Shown: piece after piece, positions 37,001 to 50,071 of the stretch
Layout of the letters: the number at the start of each line of letters is the position of its first letter
Position numbering within the stretch: the first letter of the stretch is position 1
Assembly: GCA_030704615.1 (NCBI GenBank)
Contig: CM060733.1
Location: 52,948,001-53,012,000, forward strand
Direction: 5' to 3'
DNA from: Takakia lepidozioides
Lineage: Eukaryota; Plantae; Bryophyta
Length of the DNA stretch: 64,000 nt
The notes under the pieces: generated by a model
The model's database searches: none
Told to the model about the DNA's origin: nothing
The model's input: only the letters and a program-made list of their open reading frames with translations
Made by a program: the position numbers and the translations under genes

Positions 37001-40000
37001 GCGCTCTACCGAGCCCAGATTTCCACATTGCTAAAGGATGGTGCTAAAGAAGGAGAGATGAGCACGGCAGTACCACCGCGAGTGTCCACAATCGTGGGAT
37101 TCCACCACACCGATGTAGGGGGCCAAATCGTTTGCCCTGGGCTGGCAATTTTCCTTAGGTCTAATTTATGCTCTTGCAGGAACATAATAGAGTTAGCAGA
37201 CAACAAAGACGAAGCCCAACTTTGTATTCTTCTCCTTTTAGGAGCCGAGGCATCCGATCCTATCCCCCTGATATTCCTAGAGACTAGGGACCATTTCATG
37301 GAGGTCAAGTAGAGCAGCCCACGAGCAACGCGTGAATTGATGGCTGATATAAGATTCCATCAGAACAGGAGCCTACTTCCAAGGCAGTGTTTGACGGTTG
37401 CCAAATCGTTCCTTCTGCATTAACTCTGCTGACAGATATCACATATTGAAGCTTGGCCCCAAGCCGAAGTTTCCGTAAACCCAAGGGTGAACATGATCTC
37501 CATTTCTGGTTCAGACTCTGGCCGCACATCTCAGAGCAACTCAAGTCGCAAGGGAAAATAGCAGAAATCCATCGGATCCGAAGGAACTTAAGAGCAAGAA
37601 GAGTCCTGGATGACCCACTTTTCCCCATAGTTGTTAGAGCAATACCATAACAACTAGCGGTCAAAAAAAAAAGAAGCATGCCCAACGCAAGAGTCTATGT
37701 ATAAGAGCTCACCGGAGGGAGGTGAGGAAAAGCGAGCTCGATCGGGGCCAGGGAGGCTGATGGGGTCCCCACTTCATGGACTGGCTGCACCATCAGACCA
37801 TCGCTTTCCAAAGATACAATGGAGTTTACATATTTCTGCGCCTTTACCGTGGCCTCCGCCAACTTTAGGCCAACAACAAAAGTGGATTCGAGAAAAGGCC
37901 TGCTAACTGCGTTGCCAATCTTCGCAGGTAAAGAGTCTCCTGCAAGCCAATTCATAGAACGCACTCTTGCATTTTCCAGCCTTATGTCAGAGAGCCTCAT
38001 CACTGGCAGCACATGCACAAAAAACATACCAGGGCGTGTGGTGGATTGGTATAGATAATATCCAAAATACACCGCCGTATTGGTAGTTAGTTGCAGCTGA
38101 GGGAGATGAGCCAGGAAGACCTCTTGTATCTTAGTAAGAACCAGCTCCATCTCCTTATGCTCTGCCATGATGGCCACATCCCCCTTGTTAATCCAAAAGA
38201 GTTAGCTCCAGTCAACAAAATAGAGGGATTTCCTTCCGAGAATCCGAAGATGATTGGAGTAATTCTAATTGCAACAGAGAGGGCCCCCTCTGGGGGAATA
38301 GAATCAGTGAGAGCAATGTCAGAGAAGGATCTGAGCTGCAAACAATATGTTGCGAGATTATGCTTGGCCCCCGGGGCGATAATGAAGAGCTCGGGCTCAT
38401 CGGCCACATGGGAGGTGGAGATAGGAGACTTACGAATGAGGAGAAAGATTCTTGGACTAATAGGGGAGGGGGAGGAAGATTTCAGAGCACGGGCCCTTTT
38501 TGCGGGGTGGGTGGGTGGTGGGGGGGGGCGGGGGGGGGAGACCTCCGAGCGTTTCCTTGACGACCGACTTGCATCCACTCCTGCTGATTAGAAACAAGAG
38601 GGGGGATCTCTCTCTTCGCCTTATCTTTCAAGAAAACAGGGCATTCCACTTTGATATGCCCTTCACAATGACAATAGTGGCAGATAATGATTAATTTCTC
38701 TTCCTGCACAACTATTGAAATGAAAGACTTGTCTAAAGTGGGCAGCTTCAAGGATCTAGCAATGGGCGCCGCTTCGGGCATCATCACAACGATGCGTGGA
38801 ATTCCTTCATCCTGTATTTCATCAAAAAAGAGGGGGGAGGGGGGTGTCCACATTACGAGCATCAAGCTCCTCGCTCTCAAAGACTCCCATCGAGCCATTA
38901 TACACTCCAAAGTGAGCTCCAATCTCCGGGAGCGAGCGGAGGTAATTGCCTGGCAGGTACGGAAGTGCTATGATTCTAGGCTTGCATGTAATTCCTCCCT
39001 TGTGTCCCCACTCAGATGACCATGGAAATATATGCACACGGATCCTGGATCTCCTCACGTTAAACTTGAGGGCTTTGGCTGCGTTTCCAGCCGAATTGAA
39101 CATAAGGGAGTAGAAGTTGCGTCCCAAGGGGAGGCATAAATGGGGTGTGAGCCCCCCCTCCGTGCCCAAATGCTCTTGCGACCATTTTCGAGCGCAATGT
39201 CTGTCCCGGGCTCGGCCCGGGAAGTGAATCAAGATTCCCTGTTCTACCAGAGTTTGAGTTTGCGCTTGGACAATGTCCATGTCAGAGCAAGGACAACTGG
39301 GATTCTTCCACCACCCCAGCGTCTTCACTCCAAATCTGCGAGACTCTGATAGGGGGAGAGTTGTATCTCGGGTCTGAACCCAACAGCCCAGGGCCTGCCC
39401 TCGAACCTCTTTTGTTCTGCGGTCCAGATCTCCCTCTCGAGCCCCTATGACCCTGGTTACCTCTGCGATAATTCTCCCTTGGAGGCCTTTGAGACGGAGC
39501 CGCAGAGACAAATGACACCATAGCTACAATTGGGCTTGGTAACGGGACAAGAGTGAGAGTGAGGGCTGAAGCTCCCAAGCTACCGTGGTAGAGTCCGACT
39601 ATAGAGAAGACCGCCTGGTAAGAATAACAGAAAGAAAGGCACTGAACCCAACTTGCGGAGCGGAGCAGAGAGAATGATGAGAGCAGGCAAGGAGAAGTGG
39701 CAACGGAGGCAAGAGCAGAAAGAAGGAGCTGTCAAACGGCAGCAAGAGCTCTCAAGCAAGCATGAGAAGAAACTAAAGCCCTGATTGCAGAGTGTCACAC
39801 GAAAGAGAGCCCGTCAACTTTAGAGCAAAAGGGAGCTTTCCCCGCGGGAGCTGAAGGAGTATGTGACTCGTTCAAACTGAAGCCCAGCAATGCCATCCTT
39901 GGCGGGAGAGACACCGGACTGAATGAGTAAGGGGAATGGCAAGAGCGGCGCCTAAGCCATGAGTAAGCAAAATGATCACTGGGCAAAAGTACTAGAACGA

Positions 40001-41605
40001 CGAAAGATCATGAGGTAGCATTCTTCGGATTTTTCTTACCTATAGCCAATGTCCATCAGCAAGAGAACGCTGATCTCATGCGTCAGGGAAGGACTGCAAT
40101 AAGGGCTGCAATTGTGCGGCGAAGTTCAGAGCACCTTAAGGTGAAATGATACCATCGGGCTGGAGACGAAGGTTTGGATTTCATTACCCACCAAGAAAGC
40201 AAGGAAACCTCCCCAGATGAGATGACAAAGCGATGGCTTCTCCTAACTACGTGAGTCGAGCTCGGCACTACAGGCTGAGACACAGATCCTCACGGAGAAA
40301 CTTGGAGCGTCCACCCGAGCGCTCCGCCATCGGATATTATGTAAGTTAAAAAATGATAGAAACAACCTTTCGGAGGGTATACCAATACGTTTGGATTGAG
40401 CAATTCTAAAATTGACATGAACAACCTTACGGGTGGTATCCATCGACATAACTCAGTGATAGAAATAACCTTCTGTAAGGTAAAAATATTTGTTTAGATT
40501 CTATTCAATTGCAAAATTGACAAGCACAACCTTCTGGAGGGTATAATAACATTGTGGAATATTCAAACTTGTAACAACCTTTCGGCAGGTACCCATAAAA
40601 CAAGACTGAATGATAAAAACAACCTTATGTAAAATAAAACAATTTTTTTGGTTTATATTCAGTCTGAAAAAATAAATAAAAATGAGCCTTGTTAGAGTTA
40701 GCAATTTTAGAGTAACCTCTGGAAGGTTGTTCGTATCATTCCCCCAAATTGCATAATGGGGAAGTGCGTGCAAGGTCCGGGCAGGGAAGAAAGGGAAAAG
40801 CAAAAGTTTAGGGCAATGGGCGAGCTAGTTTTGGCGAGCTACATGAAGACATGGAGGGGCCGGGCCCACATGTGTGGCCAGGCGTGTGAAGCCTCGGGAG
40901 GTGCGCTGCTGGGGACCGGGGAGCCAGCGTCATTACTACATGGCTACCGAAAATTCGCGACGCAATACCCACCCTTTCTGCATTTGTTGCTCCACTGAAT
41001 AAAGAGAGAACCAACTCGTATTTGCATGCAGCCAAAGACCTTATGAAGTGGGCTCACGCTGGTTCCAAGGTTTCTCCCTTGATTCTGATGGTTGCCATTT
41101 ATTTCATGTGTGGCATCTCGCATTGGAACGTCAATGCGCAGAATAGATCAAAAACAAATGATCCCTAGGTAATGTGGACAGATGCAAAACCTAATTTGTC
41201 ATACAGACTTTTGTAAATTAGCTCTCTGGGTGGATCTATGGTGGTTATAAGTGTTTTTCACATGTTACTGCCAATGGGGTAGCAGGCAAATATCAGAAAA
41301 CCAAAAACACAGACAAGGAACAACTTTATTAGAAGGAATATGTTTTGAACCTAAGACAATGGTGGGACACTAGATGCAGCCTTCGGTCGTCACTAGAATT
41401 AGAAAAAAAACACGGGGTCCAGGGCATAGGTTGCCCGGGATGATCTGCCGCGCAGAGCCTCCGAGGTTTTTTTTTTTTTGTTTTTGTTTTTGTTTTTGGT
41501 TGGTTGTGTAAAAAGAAGAAGAAGACGACTCCCAAAGCCTGTGTAACTAAAAACAAAACTAAAAACTAACTTCATCTCTGTCTTGCCCCCGCTTCGTCGT
41601 CAGTA

Positions 41606-42825
41606 TTGAATTTCTCCTCTGCCTTCTTCTTAGTCTTTCTCGCTGTCATTCTCCCCTCTGAGCGAGCTCAAGCTTCGACTATGGCATCGTTTGTTTCCGT
41701 TGTCCCCCTTCGTCGCAGGGACAACACATACAGAAGGGATGATAGAAGTCATCCAAGGAATTCTAACGGAAGGGAGACTCGTGTCGAACGGGGGGTTTTG
41801 GGCCATGGCCCTGCTGAGTTCCACCCCTCTCCAGACAGATCTCCGCAGAACTGGAGTGAGGCGGCTGGCAAACTTGATGAAAACCAACCGATTCTAAGCC
41901 TTGATATGAATATCATAAAAGAGCACTCCAACACCCTCAAGGAGCAGGGAATCTTGGTTCACTTTCCTGGACGTGCCAGAGATAGGTACTGGGCGCGCCG
42001 ATGGGCCTTAGAACATGTGGGAGCAGACGGAGGTCTCACGCAACACTTCTGCATCCCGTTGGGCCGGGGTTTCTACTCCATAATGTTCTCTTCTGCTGAA
42101 TATGCGAACAAGGCCTTAGGCTTCAACACCTCTCTTTCAAGGGTCAGAGTTAACATTTTTCCATGGTCTCCGGAATGGGGCCATAAAGGGGGAGCTACAT
42201 GCAAGCCAAGAGTGATTGCACTGCCGTTCCTTCCTGGAAACTACCTTTGCTCGCTCCCAGAAATTGGAGCACATTTTGGTTCCTCAGTTGGAGCAATCAC
42301 TGTCAACAACCATGAGGTCACGGATCCGAGGAGTATCGACACTGATCATACGGCTTTTGACATTCACAGAGATAGCGGAGTACCCAGGATTGTGGTACTC
42401 ATGCCAAAGTCGACCCGGATCCCAGTTGCTATTAAGCTTCTTACTCTAGATAACTCGTTTATCTCTGTAGTGGTACAGGAGGAATTTCTCTCTGTTGTTT
42501 GTCATTTCTGTCACAGGGAAGGACATGTCAAAGCTGACTGTCCAGATATACCCAAAAGAAACCAGGACCCTGCTCCATCTCACAGAAAAGCTAACTTTGT
42601 CTCTGATCCGAGGGTGATGCAGGATTTCACAACACCTTTGACGAGGAAGCGCCCTGACTTGGCGGTGGCGGAGCTGCCCCCGGCCAAGAGGGCTCGTGGC
42701 TTGCCTTCTTCTGTCAACCCGCGGGTTTTCCTGCTTCCTGCCAAGTTCCCCCTCTCTGCTAAGCAAAAATCGGCTATACCAGCAACCTTCACGCTTGGAG
42801 ACGGTTTACCTCAAGATTTTGCGTT
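41606..42825 (+). mobile_element. LINE ORF1 (paralog of the minus-strand LINE), truncated by an LTR-like insertion
   Basis: Shares EQGILxHFPGRARDR, FPWSxEWGHKGGxTCKPR and a CHFCHREGHVKADC knuckle with 39511-38600 (-). Confidence 0.85.
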
Positions 42826-43935
42826 TGTCGTGCGCATACATATCGCTACACAACTACATCGTTGTCCAAAACCACACAACACATGTGCACGCCACACACT
42901 AGTATACCATTAGTCCACCACTAGTCCAACCACTAGGCTACAACTAGTCAGTCACTAGGCTGCCATTATGCTGCCCACTATGGCAGTCACTAGTCCACAC
43001 AATGATAAAGAAGAAGAATACAAGCACAAGCTCATGAGAGCTCACAAAGCTGAAGCATAAACTCATGCATATATAACTTTATCACTCAAATACAAGTCAA
43101 GCCAAGTGCACCCCCCACGCAATGGGGAATCCACACTACGGCGCCATAGCTAGGCGCGGTGGTGCTCAACTCGAGAAAGATGAGCCTCCCGCGCTTGCCG
43201 TAAAGATAACCACTCCAGGGCCTAAATCTGCCTTGACCCCTGGATTGACACTTGGGCCAATCCCAAATGTCAATATGTAAAAGCTAGCTATTTTCTAGCT
43301 AGTTTCACACTAGTGGTAAAATAACTTGACAGCTGTCGTGCGCATACATATCGTTACACAACTACATCGTTGTCCAAAACCACACAACACATGTGCACGC
43401 CACACACTAGTATATCACTAGTCCACCACTAGTCCAGCCACTAGTCCAACCACTAAGCTACAACTAGTCAGTCACTAGGCTGCCACTAGGCTGCCCACTA
43501 TGGTAGTCACTAGTCCACACAATCGCCCCCCTAGCTGGTGCTTAGGTCCCTCTAAGTCCAGGTAGCCATAAGATGTGATAGTGACCATAGCCTCACTAAG
43601 TCCTCCACCATTGTCCCTACTACACTCAAACTCGATAGATCAAGAGGCCGGGTGCAAGAGTTGCCCCATCGTTAGTCGCTATCTTGCAACCTGCGAACTT
43701 GAGCCTGGGATCTCGTGTATTGACTCCTATGAGCTTGGCCTCCCATGTCTTGTTAGCTGCCTCTAGTCATGTCCACTGCCACTATCCCAAACAGTGTGGA
43801 CAAACCAATCTCCATCAGGAACCTTCTCAAGAGGTGGTGTCAAGCATCCTATATAATCCCTTATCTTACCGAAAAAACAGACAACAAGATGCTCGAAGAG
43901 CTTTCCTGCAAAATTTTCATTCTCTCTCCCTGACA
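42826..43935. mobile_element. LTR-like insertion (TGTC...GACA) with internal ~180-bp direct repeat
   Basis: TG..CA termini with inverted TGTC/GACA; CGTT on both flanks (42822-42825, 43936-43939). 42826-43002 is repeated at 43334-43522, and CCACTAG minirepeats are present. Confidence 0.6.
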
Positions 43936-44015
43936 CGTTTCTAACGTCTTGTCAGCAATTTGACACAGGGACTAGTGGGTGGTAAGGCGCATTTGGGGTG
44001 TTTGCTAGATAAATT

Positions 44016-45600
44016 ATGGTTTGTCATCGTAGCTGTCAGCAGCAAGGTGGAGATTTTGTTTTTGCCAAGGCATGGATAACTGGAGGTCGTGATGGAGTTG
44101 TGGGTCCAGGTCCATCCGAGAGGGCAGATCTCAAGCACAAGAGTACCAATGAGCCGCCGTGGATTGATAGCTGTAAGAAATCTGCATGGGTAGATGGTCA
44201 ACTAGAAGCAAGAGTGGGACCACAGCTGATAAAATCAGGCACTTCCACCATGACAACGACTTCCAAAAGGGGACCAAGAGAGGGAGTCCAGAAGATGTCT
44301 TCTTGTGCTTCTGGGCATAGGACACCAAGTGAGGCAAGACAACTGAAAGAGGCTCTGCAAACTTTGAACCACGGAGGTATTTCAGCACATTCAGATACTT
44401 ATGTCTGTCTCCTGCATAAGTGCATCAAGATGAAAGACCTAGCAGCTGGAAAGGAGGTGCACGCTCACATTATCCAAAGTGGATTCAAGCCAAATGTGTT
44501 TCTAAACAACACCCTTGTCAACATGTATGTCAAATGCAAGAGCATTGTGGATGCACACCAAATGTTTGCTCTCGTGGAACATAATGATTGCAAGATTTAC
44601 CAAGCATGGGTGTGGTAAGAATGCCTTGGAGACATATGAGCAAATGATGCGCGAAGGCGTGAAGCCCAACCAGGTCACATTCATTTGCATTTGCAATGCG
44701 TGTGCAAGCCTGGCGGCCCTGGGAAAGGGAAAAGAGGTCCATGCTGACATCATGAAAGCTGGAACTATACCAGATGTCATTATCGGCACCGCCCTGGTGG
44801 ATATGTATGCCAAATGCGGGAGCATCAAGGATGCAAAGGTAGTATTTGATGATATAGTGGCACGAAATGTAGTGACATGGAATGCAATGATAGTAGGATA
44901 TGCCCAGCATGGGTGTGCGAGGGAGGCTTTGGAGACCTATGAGCAAATGATCCTGGAAGGGGTGATACCCAACCAGGTCACGTTTGTTTGCATTTGTAGT
45001 GTGTGTGCGAGACTGACAGCCCTAGAGAAGGGTAAAGAGGTCCATTGCGATATCAAGAAAGCTGGAATTGTACCAAATATCAGCTTGGAAACTACCCTCA
45101 TAGACATGTATGCCAAATGTGGGAGCATCAAAGATGCAGTGGGAATATTTGACAATATGGCTGAACGGGATGTGGTGTCCTGGAGTGCAATGATCGCAGG
45201 ATATGCCCAGCTTGGTTGTTGGATGGAGGCTTTGGAGACCTATGAGCAAATGATCTGCGAAGGGGTGAAGCCCAACCACGTCACGTTCGTGTGCATGTGC
45301 AATGTGTGTGCGAGCCTGGCAGACCTGGAAAATGGCAAAGAGGTTCATGGTGACATCATGAGAGCTGGAATTGTACCAGATGTCATTCTGGACACTGCCC
45401 TCCTAGACATGTACGCTAAATGCAGGAGCATCAAGGACGCAAAGGGAGTACTGTTCAACAATATGGCTGCACGGGATTTGGTGTCGTGGAATGCAATCAT
45501 GGCAGGATATGCCCAACATGGGTACGGGATGCTTTGGAGATTTATGAGCAAATGATGTGGGAAGGGGTGAGACCAAACCAGATCACATTTTATAGCCTCC
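44016..45600 (+). pseudogene. PLS-class pentatricopeptide repeat gene, frameshifted and C-terminally truncated
   Basis: Repeating L-S-P triplets (TFICICNACASLAALGKGKEVH / IGTALVDMYAKCGSIKDA / VTWNAMIVGYAQHG). Frameshifts at ~44570 and ~45530; no E/DYW domain follows. Confidence 0.88.
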
Positions 45601-45716
45601 ATTCTTCTGATTTCACTTTCTCTACTGTCCAGAAACCAATCAGAAGGTTCATGGATACAGCAGGCAAGGGTACCACCGACAGTTTGGAGGTTGTGATGGC
45701 TGCATATGTGTGGGGA

Positions 45717-45863
45717 AAAAGAAGCCCATCTTGGAATAAGAGTGAAGATTGACTTGCATTGACAGCATCCGCAGGCAAGTCATGCACCCAAAAAGAAGCC
45801 CCTCTTGGAACAGGAGTGAAGATTTACCTGCATTGGCAGCATTCGCAGGCAAGTCATGCACCC
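45717..45863 (+). repeat. ~73-bp tandem duplication
   Basis: aaaagaagccc.tcttggaa..gagtgaagatt..cgcaggcaagtcatgcaccc occurs twice. Confidence 0.8.
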
Positions 45864-47149
45864 CTCTTCTTCCACTACTTAACATGTCCTACAAGAAATT
45901 CTGCTTTGATTACCCAATAACCATGTTGTATCTGTGGATACATCTCAATATGTTTATCCTTCAACTTGCTCCATTTCATGCATGATTCAGTGTGTAGCCT
46001 ACTAACAACACCAACGGATGTGCACACAATATTGAAAGAGCTAAGCACCAAGTGCATGCCATTGCCAGAGAAGGCTGGAGGATCAGATGAGGGTTTGATA
46101 GATTCAACAAAAATCATTAACGGAGGGTGGCTGAACACGGCGGATTCTACTGCTCACAGTCCCGAATGTGCATGGATTAATGAGGGGAAGTCCAAAACAC
46201 TGGATGGGATGCCTTCCCTTCCTCACCCATTCATTCTGTTCCTGTCAACAATGGCTGGGATGCTATCCCTTGCAATACTACAGTTAATGATGAACACAAT
46301 GCGTGAGGTGGGTGGTCACCCTCCAATACTGCGATAGACCCCCAATTGGGTTCTTTCTGGAACAGAAACAGACAAGAATTGTGGCTGGCCAGTCATGGAG
46401 GCAAATGACAAAGTCAGTGCCATGCCATCACAAGGCCTAGCACTAGTATGGACCGGCTAAGTGCTTTTAATATAACTCTGAGTGTATTTAGCATAAAACA
46501 TTTTGTGGAGTAAAATAATGTTGGTATAATACAAAAGTACATATCCACTTAACCCTTCACTGTTTACCAGGTTCAGATGGATCCCACTAACTATTGCATA
46601 TGACAATAACTTTCACTCTTTCTTCAAGATCATTTATAGCCCATGAGGTGGCGGACTTGTTCCAAAAAACTTCATGAGATTTTTGGAAAACTTCATTTAG
46701 CGCGAGCCCTTCCAACATCCTTGAGTAGGCCCTACCTCTCATCAAACAAGGGAAGACTCCAAGCCACTCGGAGGCAATGAAATATTTACCATTTGTCTTG
46801 CGAAAAACAATGAAATACCGGATAGATGTATGTAACACCATGGGGATGGTCCACCCCTTTTTGTGAAAATTGAACGTAGTTCTCAGAATTCGTCGCTAGT
46901 AAGTGCGGAGCAACACGAAGCCCTAGTAGTTAAGAATCCAGCTACATTTCAAGCTGCGGTGGGTAGCGTGATGGTAAGGTGATTGCATTGCAGGTGACGA
47001 GGTTCCGGGTACAATTCTTGATGGGAGGCTATTGTAGTGTAACTTTGGTATTGGAATTCTAATCCGTAATCCCCCTCTCTCATGTAACTCTAGTTAATCC
47101 ATTTTATACTTAGCCACATTTGGACTTAGTCAGATTTCGTGACCAAGTG

Positions 47150-47422
47150 TGGGTTACACCGACTGGAGTTACACTCCATTGTAACCCCGAGTGGAGTTAC
47201 AGACGACGTCGTCGTGTAACCCAATGTAACCCCTAGTGGAGTTACAGACGTTGTCATGTAACATTCTGTGTAACCCCGAGTGGAGTTATAGACGTCGTTG
47301 TGTAACCCAATGTAACCCCTAGTGCAGTTACAGACGTCATCGTGTAACCCAATGTAACCCCTAGTGGAGTTACACACGTCGTCATGTAACCTAGTGTAAG
47401 TTAACCCCAATTGGAGTTTACA
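47150..47422. repeat. ~42-bp tandem repeat with imperfect palindrome TGTAACCCC.AGTGGAGTTACA
   Basis: About six to seven units of tgtaacccc(g/t)agtggagttacagacgtcgtcgtgtaacccaa. Confidence 0.85.
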
Positions 47423-50071
47423 CTCCTTCAGTCCCATGTCACTCTCAATAGAGGATGGGGAAGATTTGACATGCTGGAAACCGGCGTACCATCCTGTCAG
47501 AGGTTGCACGTGTGCATTAAGTTCTTACATTATCCTAATATCTTTCGAACCGGCTGGTATTAGAAAAAGTAATATCCGCCCAACATTGGTTTGGACCATA
47601 GTTTTGTCCCTCGTGGAGGCGGAGGCACTCGGAGTCAGATTTGGTGCCCTCTTTTTTGACTTCCTGCCCAGTTTTCTGAACTTTGCGGATTTACTCAAAC
47701 TCAGGATAAAGATAAAAGATAAAGATTCTTTAACGTCCAGTGAATTTACAGAATGAAATGAGAAACTCAGGTCCAAACTCCAAACGTTCAAACTGGGTAC
47801 CAAACTCAGGCTCACTTTAGGGATAACTTTATTATGTGGCCTGTCTGCCAGATATTATGCGCCCTGCACTTGATATTACATTTTTGAGCAGGAGATATTG
47901 CCGCATTTCAAGAATGACTGACCCAGAGCTACATCAACTGCCCTTTATATCCTGGAACTATCCCTGGAGGAATCATTCCGCCTTGCATGCATGGGCGAGG
48001 ACGGGATCCTGTGTCATTCAAGAGTACAGAATTCCGGCGATGCATCTTGCATAACATTTATAGAACAGGATTTACAAGTGTATGAAATGCTTTAGAAACA
48101 TTGAGTTTTCTCTTGCACACAGGCAGATCATGCACATTGGTTGGAAGCTTAAAGTCCACTTCTTTCGAATGTGATACACAAAGTCAACGATGGAGGCTGC
48201 CCACAAGTTGCCAGGTCCAACACCTTTCCACTCACTTCTGGCAAAAGAACTATGGCCACACTAGTCAGCATTTCACTTCACATTACATCCCAAGCTTTTG
48301 ACTACTTTCACCTACTCATCAAAATGCTTTCAATAGGCTTTTAGTCAGCACCAGGGCAAAGGAAGATGCTCCAAGTCAACTCTTTTGGTACAAAAAAGAG
48401 TAGAGTTCAATGCAAATGAAGCATCAAAATCTTGGTCCAGAACATGATACAAGGGGTTTTTGGGGCAGAACAAGCCTAGAACTATACTGTCGATGTGGTA
48501 ACTTATACAGCACGCGTAGGAATCATTCTCCAGCAGTTGAATATGTAACACAGGTAAAAAGCTCGTAAGCAACCTCGAGTCACTGAAAACCAGTGGACAA
48601 GAGTAGATTGCAGGGCTGCCTGACTGTGGCTTCAGATTCTCCATCAGAAAGTTTCTTCTCTCTAGAATACATCTCTTCTGCAAGTCGTGACATCTCATGG
48701 ACTTCCCCTGCCATACCTCTTGCCTCTCCACTCGATCCCTGAAACATATCCCACGAGTAAAGAGATCCTCCCCAGTTTAGTAAGGCGTCAACAACATACC
48801 ACTACTAGACCCAGACGTTGTCTTCAAACCGTGTTGAGAGAATATAGACAGTTACTGATGGGAATTTTTCAATTAATACTCGTACCAAGCCTTGGTCTAC
48901 TGAGCCATGTGGTAAGTTTCCCCTGACATGGTAGAGCATCCACCATATATAGATTCTATAGAAGGCTGTCAGGTAGTGGCTAGAGTTAAGGCAATACATG
49001 GCCACAGGACCATGGCCTAAAGGTTGGAGACCTGACAGAAAGCCCACACCAAAGCTACATATCAACAGGAACCAACCCCAACCATACCCAAATTCAAAAT
49101 CTGCAAATTCACAGGGCAATAAAGCTGGAAATTCCAAATGACACTGTTTCATTGTCCGCCCCACTGCCACAGCAACAGAATCTGTGCACCTAGAGGAAGC
49201 ACTATGTGCAAAGACTTGAGAAGTTGTCTGCATGACCAGAAGCTGAGCCACCAATCCAACATCAAAAGCTTCATGCAGTCATACCAAGGTACTTTCTATC
49301 AAAGAACACACCATGATGTAGGGTTGGGAGCTGCAAACAGCAAGATAGATAGACTGGTGTAAACTACTCCCAGGAACAGAAGCCATTCAAAGAGTGGAGG
49401 CCACCAGAATCAAAGGAGACAAGAACCAAACACCCAAGATCTTACCATCTGCTTAAACTGCAGCATACAATAACTTGGACTTGAAATGGTAGCCCTAAAA
49501 GTGGGTGAAAATCATGTGCCAAGTGCACTTCAGACTTACATTTCAGAGTTGAAGGGACGAGGGGGACTTACATCCCGGTCTAAAAGAAGCTCTTTGCAAA
49601 TGTAAACCCATCTCACAACCAAATCAGACGAAAACCTTACTAGACGAAAGACGAAAGCCTTACCAGAGCATTAGAACGATATGGAAAAATAAAGAAACAA
49701 ATAAAAGCAGTCAATCTCAAAGAAACAAATCTCAGAACACAATCTAGCAAATGATAGTGAGTACCAGCTTCCAGGACTTCAACAAAATAAATAGAGTACT
49801 CTTGCCGCACAATAGTGCTACTGTGAAGCAAGAGATCTGACAAAGGGATATAATCTATACTGCTTCAAACTCCAAAGATATGTATACCCCACGACTGCAT
49901 CTCAAACAACTTTTGATGCTAATGAAGGAAAACAGAATATAAGATTGACAGAAAACCTTGAAGCAAAGAACTTGAAGTGATTTGTTTGATAGTTACAGGA
50001 TGCGATGATTGTTAAGTGTGTGACACTAGATTTCAGTCAAAGCGAATTGAGTACCCTCATCTTCGCAGGCC

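Larger units (their letters stand above)
27060..40330 (-). mobile_element. Near full-length, decayed L1/Tx1-like LINE (ORF1 with zinc knuckle; ORF2 APE-RT-zf), split by a 5.6-kb insertion
   Basis: ORF1 ~39550-37700 with CHYCHCEGHIKVEC. ORF2 from 37308: RNIRG, FLQEH, NIYAPN, GGFN, RSDR (APE); NYRPITLL, EQSGFIK, LDFEKTFD, VKQGCPLAP, LYADD (RT); CQFC..ETMEHIFYSC. A-rich (TAAA)n tail at ~27060. Confidence 0.92.
26448..40962. mobile_element. TIR element with ~170-bp inverted arms and internal AACAACCTTCCG..AGGTA repeat array; hosts the LINE
   Basis: 26450-26610 is the reverse complement of 40716-40960, with an extra segment in the right arm. 8-bp TSD CAATACCC (26440-26447, 40963-40970). The ~45-bp-period repeat array is seen at 26595-27055 and 40335-40630. 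Confidence 0.85.

Noticed and set aside
44502-45602. Antisense ORFs over the PPR region, and similar shadow ORFs over LINE and DNAAF4 exons
   Set aside because: These are reverse-frame shadows of recognised coding sequence on the opposite strand.
46953-47030. tRNA gene
   Set aside because: A/B-box-like motifs only; acceptor and anticodon stems do not pair convincingly.
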